The notes: generated by a model from the sequence alone, not told the origin. 40,605 nucleotides of DNA from Capsulimonadales bacterium (GCA_033762295.1 JANRLW010000099.1:1-40605); one strand, 5' to 3'; positions 9,719 to 18,889 are shown, counted from the stretch's first letter. Made by a program: numbers and translations.

Positions 9719-10546
9719 ATGAACGCGATCCTGCCCGCCCCGATGGAAAACGGGAATTATACGCCCGTTCGTGATGTCCGCACCGATGTACGAACCGAAC
9801 CGACGGACGAGGAACTGTTGGCCCGCCTGGACCCGGCCCGTATGCCCCGCCATATCGCCATCATTTGCGACGGCAACGGACGCTGGGCGACGAAGCGCGG
9901 CATGCCGCGACCGTTCGGACATCGCCAGGGATATCTTTCCACCCGTAAGGTGGTTCGCGCGGCGTCCGATATCGGAATTCCTGTTCTGACCCTGTATGCC
10001 TTCTCCACCGAGAACTGGACCCGACCCAAATTGGAGACCGATGCCCTGATGCGGTTGTTCGAGGAGGGGGCGCGTCGTGAACTCGACGAACTGGACCGAA
10101 ATAACGTTCGAATGCGGTTTTCCGGGAGAATCCACGAGCTGCCGAACTTTCTCCAGGACCGGTTGCTGGAAAACGTCGAGCGCACTCGCCACAATACCGG
10201 GATGATCCTGAACATCTGCCTCAACTATAGCGGCCGCGCGGAGATCGTGGACACCGTCAAGTCGCTGGTGGAGAAGGCGGGGCGGCGGGAGATTTCGCCC
10301 GAGGATATCACGCCGGAACTGATTTCGCAGAATCTGTACACCGGCGGGTTGCCGGACCCGGACCTGTTGATCCGAACCGCCGGCGAGATGCGCGTTTCCA
10401 ACTATCTGCTCTGGCAGATCGCCTATGCGGAGTTGTACGTTACCGGCGCTCTCTGGCCGGACTTCGATAAACGTCTGCTGCTGGAAGCGATCGCCGATTT
10501 CCAGAAGCGGACCCGTCGTTTCGGCGGTGTGGTCGAGACAAAGTAG
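9719..10546 (+). CDS. uppS: Undecaprenyl/polyprenyl diphosphate synthase (cis-prenyltransferase)
   Basis: PRHIAIICDGNGRWA, LYAFSTENWTRP, LNYSGRAEI, PDLLIRTAGEMRVSNYLLWQIAYAE, RRFGG. Start may be ATG 9743. Confidence 0.97.
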   Translation: MNAILPAPMENGNYTPVRDVRTDVRTEPTDEELLARLDPARMPRHIAIICDGNGRWATKRGMPRPFGHRQGYLSTRKVVRAASDIGIPVLTLYAFSTENWTRPKLETDALMRLFEEGARRELDELDRNNVRMRFSGRIHELPNFLQDRLLENVERTRHNTGMILNICLNYSGRAEIVDTVKSLVEKAGRREISPEDITPELISQNLYTGGLPDPDLLIRTAGEMRVSNYLLWQIAYAELYVTGALWPDFDKRLLLEAIADFQKRTRRFGGVVETK

Positions 10547-10553
10547 AACGCCG

Positions 10554-11006
10554 ATGCCAAGAATCGAGAGCGGTATTGTGATTCGGGCGCCGCGCGAGCG
10601 AGTCATCGCCGTCGCGCGGGACAATGAATCGTTCCCGGAGTTCATGGAGGACGTTCATTCGGTCGTCGTTCGTGAGCGGTCGGATGACGGTCGCCGGGTG
10701 GTCAGCGATTGGGTAGGAATCGTCCCCCGGTTCGGCAACAAGATCCGCTGGACCGAGGAGGATATCTGGGATACGGAGGCCGGAACCTGTACCTTTCGCC
10801 AGGTTTCGGGCGACTACGACCGGTTTGAAGGTATCTGGACCTTCACGGCGGACGGCGACGAGACCACCCGATTCGATTCGGTTCTGGAGTATCAACTGGA
10901 GATCCCCCTGGTCGGAAGCATCATCAAGGCGATCGTCGATAAAACGATGCGGAACAATCTGGAAGCGACCCTGATCGCCATCAAGAAGCGTTGTGAGGCG
11001 AGTTAG
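10554..11006 (+). CDS. SRPBCC/START-fold (polyketide cyclase/Coq10-like) lipid-binding protein
   Basis: Start reassigned to ATG 10554 (7 nt after uppS stop); 150 aa; pattern I.AP.E.V...A.D.ESFPEFM..V, GDYDRFEGIWTF, C-terminal helix L.AIKKRCE. Confidence 0.85.
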   Translation: MPRIESGIVIRAPRERVIAVARDNESFPEFMEDVHSVVVRERSDDGRRVVSDWVGIVPRFGNKIRWTEEDIWDTEAGTCTFRQVSGDYDRFEGIWTFTADGDETTRFDSVLEYQLEIPLVGSIIKAIVDKTMRNNLEATLIAIKKRCEAS

Positions 11007-11352
11007 CGGCCCCCGTGTCCGGCGGGTCGTCGGTGGATGCCTTCGAACGTGCCTCCCAGGCGATCTTTGCCTCGTTGAGTAAGGCTTCCGTGCTGAGTTC
11101 CGGTCGTTCCGGCGTTTCGGACGGAGCGGGCGCTTGTTCCGAAAGTCGCCGTTCGATTCCCAGTTGTCGGAGCCGGAGCCGCAATTCGACGAGGGCTTTC
11201 AGTACCGTGGTGCACTGTGCGCAACCGGACACATGAAGACGTGCGTACCATCCGGCGAAACCACGAAGAGAACCATCGGCAAGCGGACTGATAAAAGGCC
11301 GCATCTGTCGACAGACCTGCTCCAGCAGCGGTTTTTGTTCATCGAGCGACAT
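10981..11352 (-). CDS. Soluble zinc-binding anti-sigma factor (ZAS / zf-HC2)
   Basis: N-terminal Cys followed by HVSGCAQC (HxxxCxxC); immediately downstream of an ECF sigma; no TM helix evident. Confidence 0.8.
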   Translation of the reverse strand: MSLDEQKPLLEQVCRQMRPFISPLADGSLRGFAGWYARLHVSGCAQCTTVLKALVELRLRLRQLGIERRLSEQAPAPSETPERPELSTEALLNEAKIAWEARSKASTDDPPDTGAANSPHNAS

Positions 11353-11403
11353 GATTCTTCAATTTTTCCGAGTCTTTTCGGAACTCCCTGTAAAGCGACC
11401 TTT

Positions 11404-12057
11404 CTAAAGGATACGCCGACGGACCGCATACTCCCGAAGCTGATCATATAGCAGCCCGCGCGCCCGCGACAGGCGCGATCGGACGGTGCCTACGGGTATT
11501 CGGAGGGATTGAGCGGCCTCCTCATAGGACAACTGTTGCACGTCCACAAGCAGAACGACCGACCGCATGCCCTCCGGAAGCCGGTTGAGCGCTTCCTCCA
11601 GAGGTTCATCCAGGACGTCGGCAAGTAATGCGACGCCAGGTTGCTCCGATTCCGGCGCGAAGGTGGCCCTGGGGCCGGTTTCGCCGCCGGAGGTCAGCTC
11701 CTCCAGTCCGGTCCGCACGAAGTATCGCGTTCTGCGGTGGTAATCATTGATAAAAAGGTTGGTCAGAATTCGAACCATCCAACCTGCGGGATTATCCGCA
11801 ACGCGGAACAGACCGCGCATGTAGGCATCGAACGCTCTGACAACCGCCGCCTGAACCATTTCGACCACACAATCCTCATCCTGCCGACACAGGCGTCGCG
11901 CGGCGTTTATCAACTGCGTACGGCAGCCTTCGAGCAGCGCGCCGAACGCGTTCGCGTCAGGCGAAGCGTCAGGCGTCACTTCGGGTGACGGGTCTGGGGT
12001 CGCTACCGTCGAAGTGTCGGTTTCGTCCGGGTCGAAAGGAAGGGTTTCCGGTTTCAT
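11404..12057 (-). CDS. ECF RNA polymerase sigma factor (SigH/SigR-like)
   Basis: Region 2 WMVRILTNLFINDYHRR; region 4 LPEGMRSVVLLVDVQQLSYEEAAQSLRIPVGTVRSRLSRAR. Confidence 0.93.
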   Translation of the reverse strand: MKPETLPFDPDETDTSTVATPDPSPEVTPDASPDANAFGALLEGCRTQLINAARRLCRQDEDCVVEMVQAAVVRAFDAYMRGLFRVADNPAGWMVRILTNLFINDYHRRTRYFVRTGLEELTSGGETGPRATFAPESEQPGVALLADVLDEPLEEALNRLPEGMRSVVLLVDVQQLSYEEAAQSLRIPVGTVRSRLSRARGLLYDQLREYAVRRRIL

Positions 12058-12070
12058 CCCGTGGTGTCCG

Positions 12071-12108
12071 CGGTCGGCAACGCCGCGAAAAAGCGGTGTT
12101 GCCGACCG
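12071..12108. terminator. 16-bp hairpin between the beta-helix gene and the ECF sigma gene
   Basis: cggtcggcaacgccgc-gaaaaa-gcggtgttgccgaccg, one non-Watson-Crick pair; no flanking U-tract on the minus strand. Confidence 0.5.
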
Positions 12109-12118
12109 GCCGTACGAT

Positions 12119-12907
12119 CTACGGAGTCAACGCGGTCGACACGTTATCGACGAGCGTATTGTTACCGGGCGTCAGGGTGTCCGGTCGGAAAGCGGTACCG
12201 AAGAACTGGATAACGTTCTCCTTGATTACATTACCACGCGATCCGGTGACGAACGAGATGCCGTCGGTAAAGCCGGAGATATGGTTGTTATAAACGAGTT
12301 CGCCTTTCGGGACCTGCGTGGCGTCGGTGCCGTCGCCACCGGGAAGCGGATTCCAGCACATGGCGAGAATGTTGTTTCCGTTGACCGGACCGCCCACGAT
12401 ATGGTTATTCGCCGTCCGATTACCGACCGAACCGCCTCCGCGGATGAAGACACCGAGGTTGACGCTGGTAATCTGGTTGTTGGTGATCTGGCTGCCGCGA
12501 GTATCGAGGAAAACGATCCCCATTTCGACCGGACCGCCGGCAGGCGCCAGATTATTTCCGGTGACCTTCAAATGGTCGATCGTCACATTTTCGCTATTGG
12601 AGACCACGACATTCATATTGAACGGGCCGACGGTGCCATTGCGAACGATGACCCCTTTGGCGGCGTTCACCACGATGCCGCGTCCCGTCGCGGGCGAGGT
12701 CGTCATAACGGAACGTCCGCCGAGGTCAAGTACCACATTGCTTGCATTGATAACAATTGCATCACCGGAGGATACGGTGATATTCCGGTTGAGTACGTAA
12801 ACTCCCGGGGTCGAGATGGTCAGCGCCTGAGCGCTGGCATTGCGGGCGAGAAGGGTGGTCGAAGCGACCGTCAGTGACAGAACGGCGAACGAGAGAACGT
12901 TTTTCAT
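12119..12907 (-). CDS. Secreted right-handed parallel beta-helix repeat protein
   Basis: Signal peptide MKNVLSFAVLSLTVAS...ASA-Q; ITISTPGVYVL.RNI-like start, NVVLDLGG, repeated Asn-ladder units (ITNNQI, ANNHI, VYNNHI, IKENVI). Alternative start 12925. Confidence 0.8.
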   Translation of the reverse strand: MKNVLSFAVLSLTVASTTLLARNASAQALTISTPGVYVLNRNITVSSGDAIVINASNVVLDLGGRSVMTTSPATGRGIVVNAAKGVIVRNGTVGPFNMNVVVSNSENVTIDHLKVTGNNLAPAGGPVEMGIVFLDTRGSQITNNQITSVNLGVFIRGGGSVGNRTANNHIVGGPVNGNNILAMCWNPLPGGDGTDATQVPKGELVYNNHISGFTDGISFVTGSRGNVIKENVIQFFGTAFRPDTLTPGNNTLVDNVSTALTP

Positions 12908-12951
12908 CCCAGTGTTCCTTTGCATTTTCGATGATGGGCGGGCAGAAACGA

Positions 12952-13713
12952 TTACGCCTGATGGCGACGACGAAGGCCGGCGGCCAGCAGAACTCCTGTG
13001 ATCGCCAGGAAGACGGTCGAGGGTTCCGGGGCTGCCGCCGCGACGATGGTGAGGCGGGCGACCGGTCCGGTGAAATTCCAGGAAGCGGGCGCATCGGCGG
13101 TTCCGGCAATGCCTCCGTGCAGCCCGACCACTCCGTTTTCCGGGTCATTGAACGGCCCGCCGAGGGAGGGAAGGAAAGCGGCCAGTTCGTTATTTACTTC
13201 GGTACCGGCGTCGAGTCCGAGAAGATCGAAAGAGACAGGCGTCGAGGAGATCCCATTCAGATCGAGGCTTGCCTGTCCGGCGAACCCATCGTTGGTACGC
13301 CCGAGCATCCAGACATTGGAAAGGAAGCGGTGCGTTGATAGGTCTGTAGCGATCGAAAAGGTCTGCGAGGTTCCGGGCATTTGCGGGCCGGACAGAACGC
13401 GGATCGTTCCGACCGCGCTGCCCGCAAGGGACAGATCGGTGAGAAGCGGAGCGTTGTTGCCCTCTTCGGCGATCTGGCGCAGGGGATCACTGGCGGTTTC
13501 CCCCGGAGTCCAGAGGGTAAGGCTGCCGTCGTGGGTAAAGAAGACCGGCGGTGAGAAGGGCTGACCGCTATTCGGCGCGCTGTTGGTCAGGTTCTCGAGG
13601 GTAATCCGATAGGTCATCACCTGGGAATGGGCGGGCCCGGCCGACCAGAGGGTCGACAGTAGCGCCGGACCCCAGAGAATGATCCGGTTAGCCCGGGTAT
13701 TCAGCCTGAGCAT
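12952..13713 (-). CDS. Spondin_N-domain PEP-CTERM surface protein
   Basis: Start at ATG 13713 behind AGGAGG; signal peptide ending AHS-Q; Spondin_N motifs YRITLENLT..QPFSP....H, IAEEG, ML..TNDGFAG, DAGTE.N.E; C-terminal APEP + hydrophobic helix + RRRH. Confidence 0.88.
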   Translation of the reverse strand: MLRLNTRANRIILWGPALLSTLWSAGPAHSQVMTYRITLENLTNSAPNSGQPFSPPVFFTHDGSLTLWTPGETASDPLRQIAEEGNNAPLLTDLSLAGSAVGTIRVLSGPQMPGTSQTFSIATDLSTHRFLSNVWMLGRTNDGFAGQASLDLNGISSTPVSFDLLGLDAGTEVNNELAAFLPSLGGPFNDPENGVVGLHGGIAGTADAPASWNFTGPVARLTIVAAAAPEPSTVFLAITGVLLAAGLRRRHQA

Positions 13714-13773
13714 TTCTTTGCCTCCTGTTGGGAATGGGCGACGGTAAAGGTGGCTTTTCCTTCGCACTGCGCC

Positions 13774-13821
13774 TTCAACAGCCGTCGTCCGACGGAAAGT
13801 TCCGTTTTGCGGATTTTTTTT
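13774..13821 (-). promoter_or_regulatory. Candidate ECF (SigH/SigR-type) promoter upstream of the PEP-CTERM gene
   Basis: Minus strand: A-tract, GGAAC (13803-13799), 19 nt, GTTGAA (13779-13774); resembles GGAAY-N18/19-GTT. Confidence 0.5.
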
Positions 13822-13840
13822 CGCGGTTTCTCCGGCGAGG

Positions 13841-13846
13841 TAGAAT
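13841..13846 (+). promoter_or_regulatory. -10 element for probable leaderless purB transcript
   Basis: TAGAAT six nt upstream of ATG 13853. Confidence 0.5.
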
Positions 13847-13852
13847 GGGAGC

Positions 13853-15223
13853 ATGAGTCTTAGAGCCGTCTCGGCGATCGACGGTCGTTATGCCACGTTG
13901 ACCGCCCCCCTTTCCGCCTTCTTTTCCGAGTATGCCCTGATCCGGTTTCGCGTCCGCGTGGAGATCGAGTGGCTGATTCTGCTGTCCGATCGACCGGAGA
14001 TTACGGATGTACGTCCGTTGACGCCGGAGGAGCGAATCCAACTGCGCCGGTGCGTGACCGAGTTTTCCGAGGAGGATGCGTTACTGGTCAAGGAGATTGA
14101 GCGGACGACGAACCACGATGTCAAGGCCGTGGAGTACTTTTTGAAGCGTCGTCTGGACGGCACCTCACTGGACGATGTCCGCGAGTGGCTGCATTTCGCC
14201 TGTACGTCCGAGGATATCAACAACCTGGCCCATGCCCTGATGCTGAAAGGGGCGATCGAGGAGGTGTTTCTGCCGCAGGCGGATCGATTGGTCGCCGATG
14301 TCGCCGCGCTGGCGAGCGAAACGGCGGATGTCCCGATGCTGTCCCATACGCACGGTCAGCCGGCCTCACCGACGACCGTCGGAAAGGAACTGGCGGTCTT
14401 CGTCACCCGGTGGCGTCGCCAAATCGCCCGGCTGCGAACGCAGGAGTATCTGGGAAAGATGAACGGGGCGGTCGGCAATTTCAACGCCCATCTCAGCGCG
14501 TATCCGGACGCTCCCTGGCCGGACATCGCCGAACGATTCGTCACCGGATTCGGGTTGACCTACAATCCTCTGACCACGCAGATCGAACCCCACGACTATA
14601 TGGCGGAACTGTTCCACAACCTCGTTCGGTGGAACAATATCCTGCTCGATTTTGACCGGGATCTCTGGGGGTATATTCATCTGAAGTATTTTCGGCAGAA
14701 GGCGGTTGCCGGAGAGATCGGCTCATCGACGATGCCGCACAAGGTGAATCCGATCGATTTTGAGAACTCCGAGGCCAATATCGGGCTGTCGAACGCGATC
14801 CTCGAACACCTGGCAAGCAAACTGACGGTGTCCCGGTGGCAGCGGGACCTTTCCGATTCGTCGGCGATCCGTTCCGTCGGAACCGGGATCGCCTATGCCT
14901 GTATCGCGGTCGGAGCTACCCTGCGCGGGTTGCGCAAGCTTTCGGTTAACGGAGCCGCTCTGACGGCCGATTTGGAGGATGCCTGGGAAGTGCTGGCCGA
15001 ACCCGTACAGACCGTTCTTCGCAAGGCCGGCATTTCGGATGCCTATGAAAAGCTCAAGGACCTGACGCGCGGATCGGGTATCGATGCCGTCGGTATGCAC
15101 GCCTTTATCGCCGATCTGAACCTTCCGGAGGAGGATAAGGAGCGGCTTTTACGGATGACGCCGGCTGCCTACATCGGTCTGGCCCCCGAACTGGCGCGTC
15201 GTGCGCTCGCCGGGGAAGAATAG
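13853..15223 (+). CDS. purB: Adenylosuccinate lyase (E. coli-type length)
   Basis: SAIDGRY, TNHDVKAVEYFLK, HFACTSEDINN, THGQPASPTT, GSSTMPHKVNPIDFENSE; 456 aa. Confidence 0.98.
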   Translation: MSLRAVSAIDGRYATLTAPLSAFFSEYALIRFRVRVEIEWLILLSDRPEITDVRPLTPEERIQLRRCVTEFSEEDALLVKEIERTTNHDVKAVEYFLKRRLDGTSLDDVREWLHFACTSEDINNLAHALMLKGAIEEVFLPQADRLVADVAALASETADVPMLSHTHGQPASPTTVGKELAVFVTRWRRQIARLRTQEYLGKMNGAVGNFNAHLSAYPDAPWPDIAERFVTGFGLTYNPLTTQIEPHDYMAELFHNLVRWNNILLDFDRDLWGYIHLKYFRQKAVAGEIGSSTMPHKVNPIDFENSEANIGLSNAILEHLASKLTVSRWQRDLSDSSAIRSVGTGIAYACIAVGATLRGLRKLSVNGAALTADLEDAWEVLAEPVQTVLRKAGISDAYEKLKDLTRGSGIDAVGMHAFIADLNLPEEDKERLLRMTPAAYIGLAPELARRALAGEE

Positions 15224-15293
15224 ACGGCAATAGACCGCAACCGACGGTGATACCGTGGGCTCGTATAGACGGGATTAACGGAGGATGCGGCAA

Positions 15294-16145
15294 ATGCCAC
15301 CGAAAAAAAAGACCGTGTACTGTCCGGTCTGTAAGGCGCTGAACGCGTCGGGGCGAAAGACCTGTGATCTCTGCGGTTCGGACCTTTCGGCGACGGTGAC
15401 GGAGACGGCCACGGCGTTTGCCTGCCGCAACTGCGGTTCGTCCTTGAACGGCGCGAACGCGGTGTGCGGGCGTTGCGGTCGCGTCGGCGATTTCGCGCCC
15501 GACGCTTCGCCGGAAGTTCCGACGCCCGCGATGTCGGTCGGGACGAACGAGTTTGCTCCGGGAACCCTGGTGCCGGTACCTTACGGGTTTGCCGCCGAAC
15601 GGCTGCCGGAGGGCAGACTTCGAGTGACGCGCACGGTGTGGGGTCGGATGAACGCGGATATCTCGTATGTCGTGATCGGACTCGTTGTCGGAGCGGCATG
15701 GATGGGGATCGCCTATCGCCTGTGGTTCCCGGCCGGGAACCGGACCGTATTCTTTGCGTTTTTTCCCTGGATTCTTCTGCCGGTTCTGGCCGTCGGCTGG
15801 TTCCTCTTTTACCGGGAGGAGTGGATTGTCGGCCCGCAATTTCTGGAAAAGCGAATGTTTCTGCTCGGGTGGCATCGGGCGGCAACGCTATCGGGGCCAT
15901 CGGTGTTACGAACGGACACGGAGGAGATCGGAGGATGGAGCCGTTCGGGCCCGCGACGCGTTCGGGTGCTTTCGGCCGTTAACCTGGGACGGCGAATCAC
16001 TCTGGTGCGAAGTGAACAGGCATGGGGCGGAATCGCGAGCCTTTTCGGGAGCGGGATGGAGGGCGACGGTCCCGCGACGCTCGGGGCGTACCTGTCACAG
16101 GTGACCGGGTGGCCTTATATGGACCCCGCGATGGGAAAATTCTAA
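15294..16145 (+). CDS. Double zinc-ribbon membrane protein of unknown function
   Basis: Four CxxC pairs (CPVC, CDLC, CRNC, CGRC), two hydrophobic helices, soluble C-terminal region; GGAGG 9 nt before ATG 15294. Confidence 0.7.
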   Translation: MPPKKKTVYCPVCKALNASGRKTCDLCGSDLSATVTETATAFACRNCGSSLNGANAVCGRCGRVGDFAPDASPEVPTPAMSVGTNEFAPGTLVPVPYGFAAERLPEGRLRVTRTVWGRMNADISYVVIGLVVGAAWMGIAYRLWFPAGNRTVFFAFFPWILLPVLAVGWFLFYREEWIVGPQFLEKRMFLLGWHRAATLSGPSVLRTDTEEIGGWSRSGPRRVRVLSAVNLGRRITLVRSEQAWGGIASLFGSGMEGDGPATLGAYLSQVTGWPYMDPAMGKF

Positions 16146-16210
16146 TCGAGGCGAACTACCCTGTGAACCGGAAGGGATCGACGATCCGTGAGAAGAATGT
16201 ACTCGTGCCA

Positions 16211-16963
16211 ATGACTAATTCCGAAACAGCGGCGGAACCGATCCGTTTACTGGGAATGCGGATCGATCGCGTTACGATGGATCAGACTCTGGATCGTGTC
16301 GAGCGATTTATCGCGGAGGGGTCGCCGCACCATATCGTGACGGCGGACGCTTCGATGGTGGTGACGTACACGGAGGATGCCGAGTTTGCGCGGATCGTCG
16401 ATGCCGCGGACCTGGTCACTCCGGACGGCGCGGGCATCCTCTGGGCCTCCCGGTATCGCGGAACGCCGGTCCGCAACAAAGTGAGCGGTGTCGATCTGGC
16501 GGCGCGTTGCTGCGCCCTCTCGGGGGAAAAAGGCTGGCGTCTTTTCTTCTTCGGTGCGGCTCCGGGCGTTGCCGAGGAGGCGCGGGCGCGGATGCTGGCA
16601 CGGTATCCCGGGGCGAACATCGTCGGATTCAGGGACGGATTCTTCAAACCGGCCGAGGAGACGGCGATTGTCGAGGAGATCCGGGCGGCGCGTCCCGATA
16701 TCCTGCTGGTCGCGCTGGGCATCCCCAAACAGGAAAAGTTCATTTCCCGGCATCGGGAAGCGCTGGGCGTGCCGGTAATGATCGGGGTCGGCGGGACCCT
16801 CGATGTTTTTTCGGGAACGGTACGGCGCGCGCCGGTCTGGATGCAGAATACCGGGCTTGAGTGGCTCTATCGGCTCGCCTCCAATCCGAAAAAGATCAGC
16901 AAGGTAAAGTTGTTGCCGCAGTTCGCATTGATGACCCTGCGTTCGCCACGGACGCCGTCCTGA
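16211..16963 (+). CDS. WecB/TagA/CpsF family glycosyltransferase (GT26)
   Basis: ADLVTPDGAGILWA, VSGVDL, LLVALGIPKQEKF, IGVGGTLD, RAPVWMQNTGLEWLYRL. Start reassigned to ATG 16211. Confidence 0.93.
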   Translation: MTNSETAAEPIRLLGMRIDRVTMDQTLDRVERFIAEGSPHHIVTADASMVVTYTEDAEFARIVDAADLVTPDGAGILWASRYRGTPVRNKVSGVDLAARCCALSGEKGWRLFFFGAAPGVAEEARARMLARYPGANIVGFRDGFFKPAEETAIVEEIRAARPDILLVALGIPKQEKFISRHREALGVPVMIGVGGTLDVFSGTVRRAPVWMQNTGLEWLYRLASNPKKISKVKLLPQFALMTLRSPRTPS

Positions 16964-16976
16964 GGAGACTCTTCTG

Positions 16977-17561
16977 ATGAAACCGGTCACCGTTCTCTTC
17001 GTTGCCGTCGCGTTGTTGGTTGCTTTCCCGCAGACCGGGGTGTCCGCGCCGTCGGACCCGCCCGCCGCAAAGGGGAATTCCACCGAACCGGAACCGGCGG
17101 ACCGATTGCTGAAAGCGGCGTCGGATCGGGCGAAAGCCGGCAAGAAAAACGTCCTGGTCGTGTTTCACGCGTCCTGGTGCTCCTGGTGCAAGCGTCTGGA
17201 CGAAAAACTCCTGAACGATCCGATCACCGGCAAACTCCTGAAGGATCATTTTGAGGTGGTGCATCTCGACGTTCTCGAGTCGCCGGAACGGAAAGCCCGG
17301 GAAAATGCCGGGGGGAACGACCTGTTGACGAAACTGGGCGGAGCGGATTCCGGTCTGCCGTTTTACGCCGTTCTCGACCCCGCCGGTCGGAAGGTGTCGG
17401 ACTCAAATCGAATGCCGCAGAACGGCAACATCGGCTATCCGGCAACCCCCGAGGAGATTGCCGCGTTCGTCGATCTGCTAAAGCGGACGGCGCCCCGTCT
17501 GACGACGGCGGAGCGACAGCGTATCTCCGACCACCTCAGGCGGAATGCGCCGAAGTCGTAA
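16977..17561 (+). CDS. Exported thioredoxin-fold protein
   Basis: Signal peptide; [10 protein letters not shown] (CxxC); GLPF cis-Pro loop. Confidence 0.88.
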   Translation: MKPVTVLFVAVALLVAFPQTGVSAPSDPPAAKGNSTEPEPADRLLKAASDRAKAGKKNVLVVFHASWCSWCKRLDEKLLNDPITGKLLKDHFEVVHLDVLESPERKARENAGGNDLLTKLGGADSGLPFYAVLDPAGRKVSDSNRMPQNGNIGYPATPEEIAAFVDLLKRTAPRLTTAERQRISDHLRRNAPKS

Positions 17562-18831
17562 GCTGCGTCATCGTCAGATTTGCGGCGTTCTCCCCGCTTT
17601 CCATCGCGCCGTTGATGCTGCTCGCCCGCGTGAATTCCGCGGCGAAGATCAGTCCCGGTATTCCGGAGTCGTTGCCCGGTAGCCGTTCGTAGATCCCCGG
17701 CGGCTGCGCGAACTGGGCGTACGGAAGCCGGTACATTTTCAGGAAGCGGTAGGTCTCCAGAACGGCAAGGGCGGTGCGGTCGCCGACCAGCATCCGACGC
17801 AGGTCATGAACGGCGCGCCGAACGATCTCCGTTTCGGTCAGGTCCGGTGTTCCCACGACGCTGGCCGCAAGAAGGTGTTTTCCGGCGGGAGCATAGGCAC
17901 GGGAGACATTGGAGACGGCGGCGGCGTTGTTGACGAACGGTTGCCGGTTGGCGTTAAGCAGGATTTTTCGTGAATTTTGGATCGGGGCATCGCCCCCGAA
18001 ATAGACGGTAATATTTCCAACGGCGCCCGTGGGTAGTTCACGCCCCGTAAGACGGGCAGCCTCCGGAGCCGGGGTCGCGACGATGACCCGATCCGCCGCC
18101 CGGAACTCGCGGTCGCTTTCGACTCCGACACAAACGCCTGAGGAACCGAACCGAAGCGCGGTCACCCGGGTGTTCAGGAGGATGCGTCCATCCCGGAACA
18201 ACTCCTCGGCAAGCTGTTGGGAAATCTGCCCCATCCCCCGTTCCGGCACGGTGGTGTCGCCGGTAGCGAGCATTCTCCAGTCGAAGCGGAACGCCCGCGC
18301 GCTGGTTTCCAGACGATCGGTCAGGAAGATACCGGCGAAGAAGGGGCGAAGGAACGTTTCGATGTAACGCTGAGAAAACCCCACACGATACAGGTAGTCG
18401 AGGGTGGTTTCGTCGCCCCCGGCGGTCAGCGGGTCGTCCGTGGCGGCCAGAAGTTGCGCCGTCAGTCTCGCGGTTCGCCACTTGTCGGGGAAGGGCACGA
18501 GCGACGCGAGCATCGACGGGATCGCGCTTCCCGGGTCGCGCAGCGGATCGCTGACGACCTGACGGGTCGAACCGCAGGCGAGAATTGCGCCGGGTTCGAA
18601 CCGACACAATCGCAGACGGTGGTAGTCGAGCTGTCGGCGGGCCGCCGGATAGGCGGTAAAGAAGACCTGAAATCCCCGGTCCAGAACGTAGCCGTCGACA
18701 ACGTCACTTCGGACCCTGCCGCCGACGTTATCCGAAGCCTCAAGAAGCAGAACCTCGATACCCGCCCGGTGCAGCTGTCGGGCGCAGGTCAGACCGGCGA
18801 CACCGGCCCCGATCACAATGACCCTCTTCAC
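17536..18831 (-). CDS. FAD-dependent oxidoreductase (flavin amine oxidase / protoporphyrinogen oxidase-like family)
   Basis: VIGAGVAGL Rossmann motif, [39 protein letters not shown] start. Confidence 0.9.
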   Translation of the reverse strand: MKRVIVIGAGVAGLTCARQLHRAGIEVLLLEASDNVGGRVRSDVVDGYVLDRGFQVFFTAYPAARRQLDYHRLRLCRFEPGAILACGSTRQVVSDPLRDPGSAIPSMLASLVPFPDKWRTARLTAQLLAATDDPLTAGGDETTLDYLYRVGFSQRYIETFLRPFFAGIFLTDRLETSARAFRFDWRMLATGDTTVPERGMGQISQQLAEELFRDGRILLNTRVTALRFGSSGVCVGVESDREFRAADRVIVATPAPEAARLTGRELPTGAVGNITVYFGGDAPIQNSRKILLNANRQPFVNNAAAVSNVSRAYAPAGKHLLAASVVGTPDLTETEIVRRAVHDLRRMLVGDRTALAVLETYRFLKMYRLPYAQFAQPPGIYERLPGNDSGIPGLIFAAEFTRASSINGAMESGENAANLTMTQLTTSAHSA

Positions 18832-18838
18832 AGGAAAT

Positions 18839-18889
18839 AGGATACCCGAGTTTGCCGTGTTGACAATCGGTGAGTCGCCGTGCTACACT
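18839..18889. promoter_or_regulatory. Overlapping divergent sigma70 promoters
   Basis: Plus: TTGACA (18860-18865), 18 nt, TACACT (18884-18889) with extended TG. Minus: TTGTCA (18866-18861), 16 nt, TATCCT (18844-18839). Confidence 0.65.

Noticed and set aside
10981..11006. Two convergent gene pairs each overlap by exactly 26 nt (10981-11006 and 17536-17561)
   Set aside because: The overlaps share no sequence; short tail-to-tail overlaps are common in GC-rich genomes, so equal length is probably coincidence.
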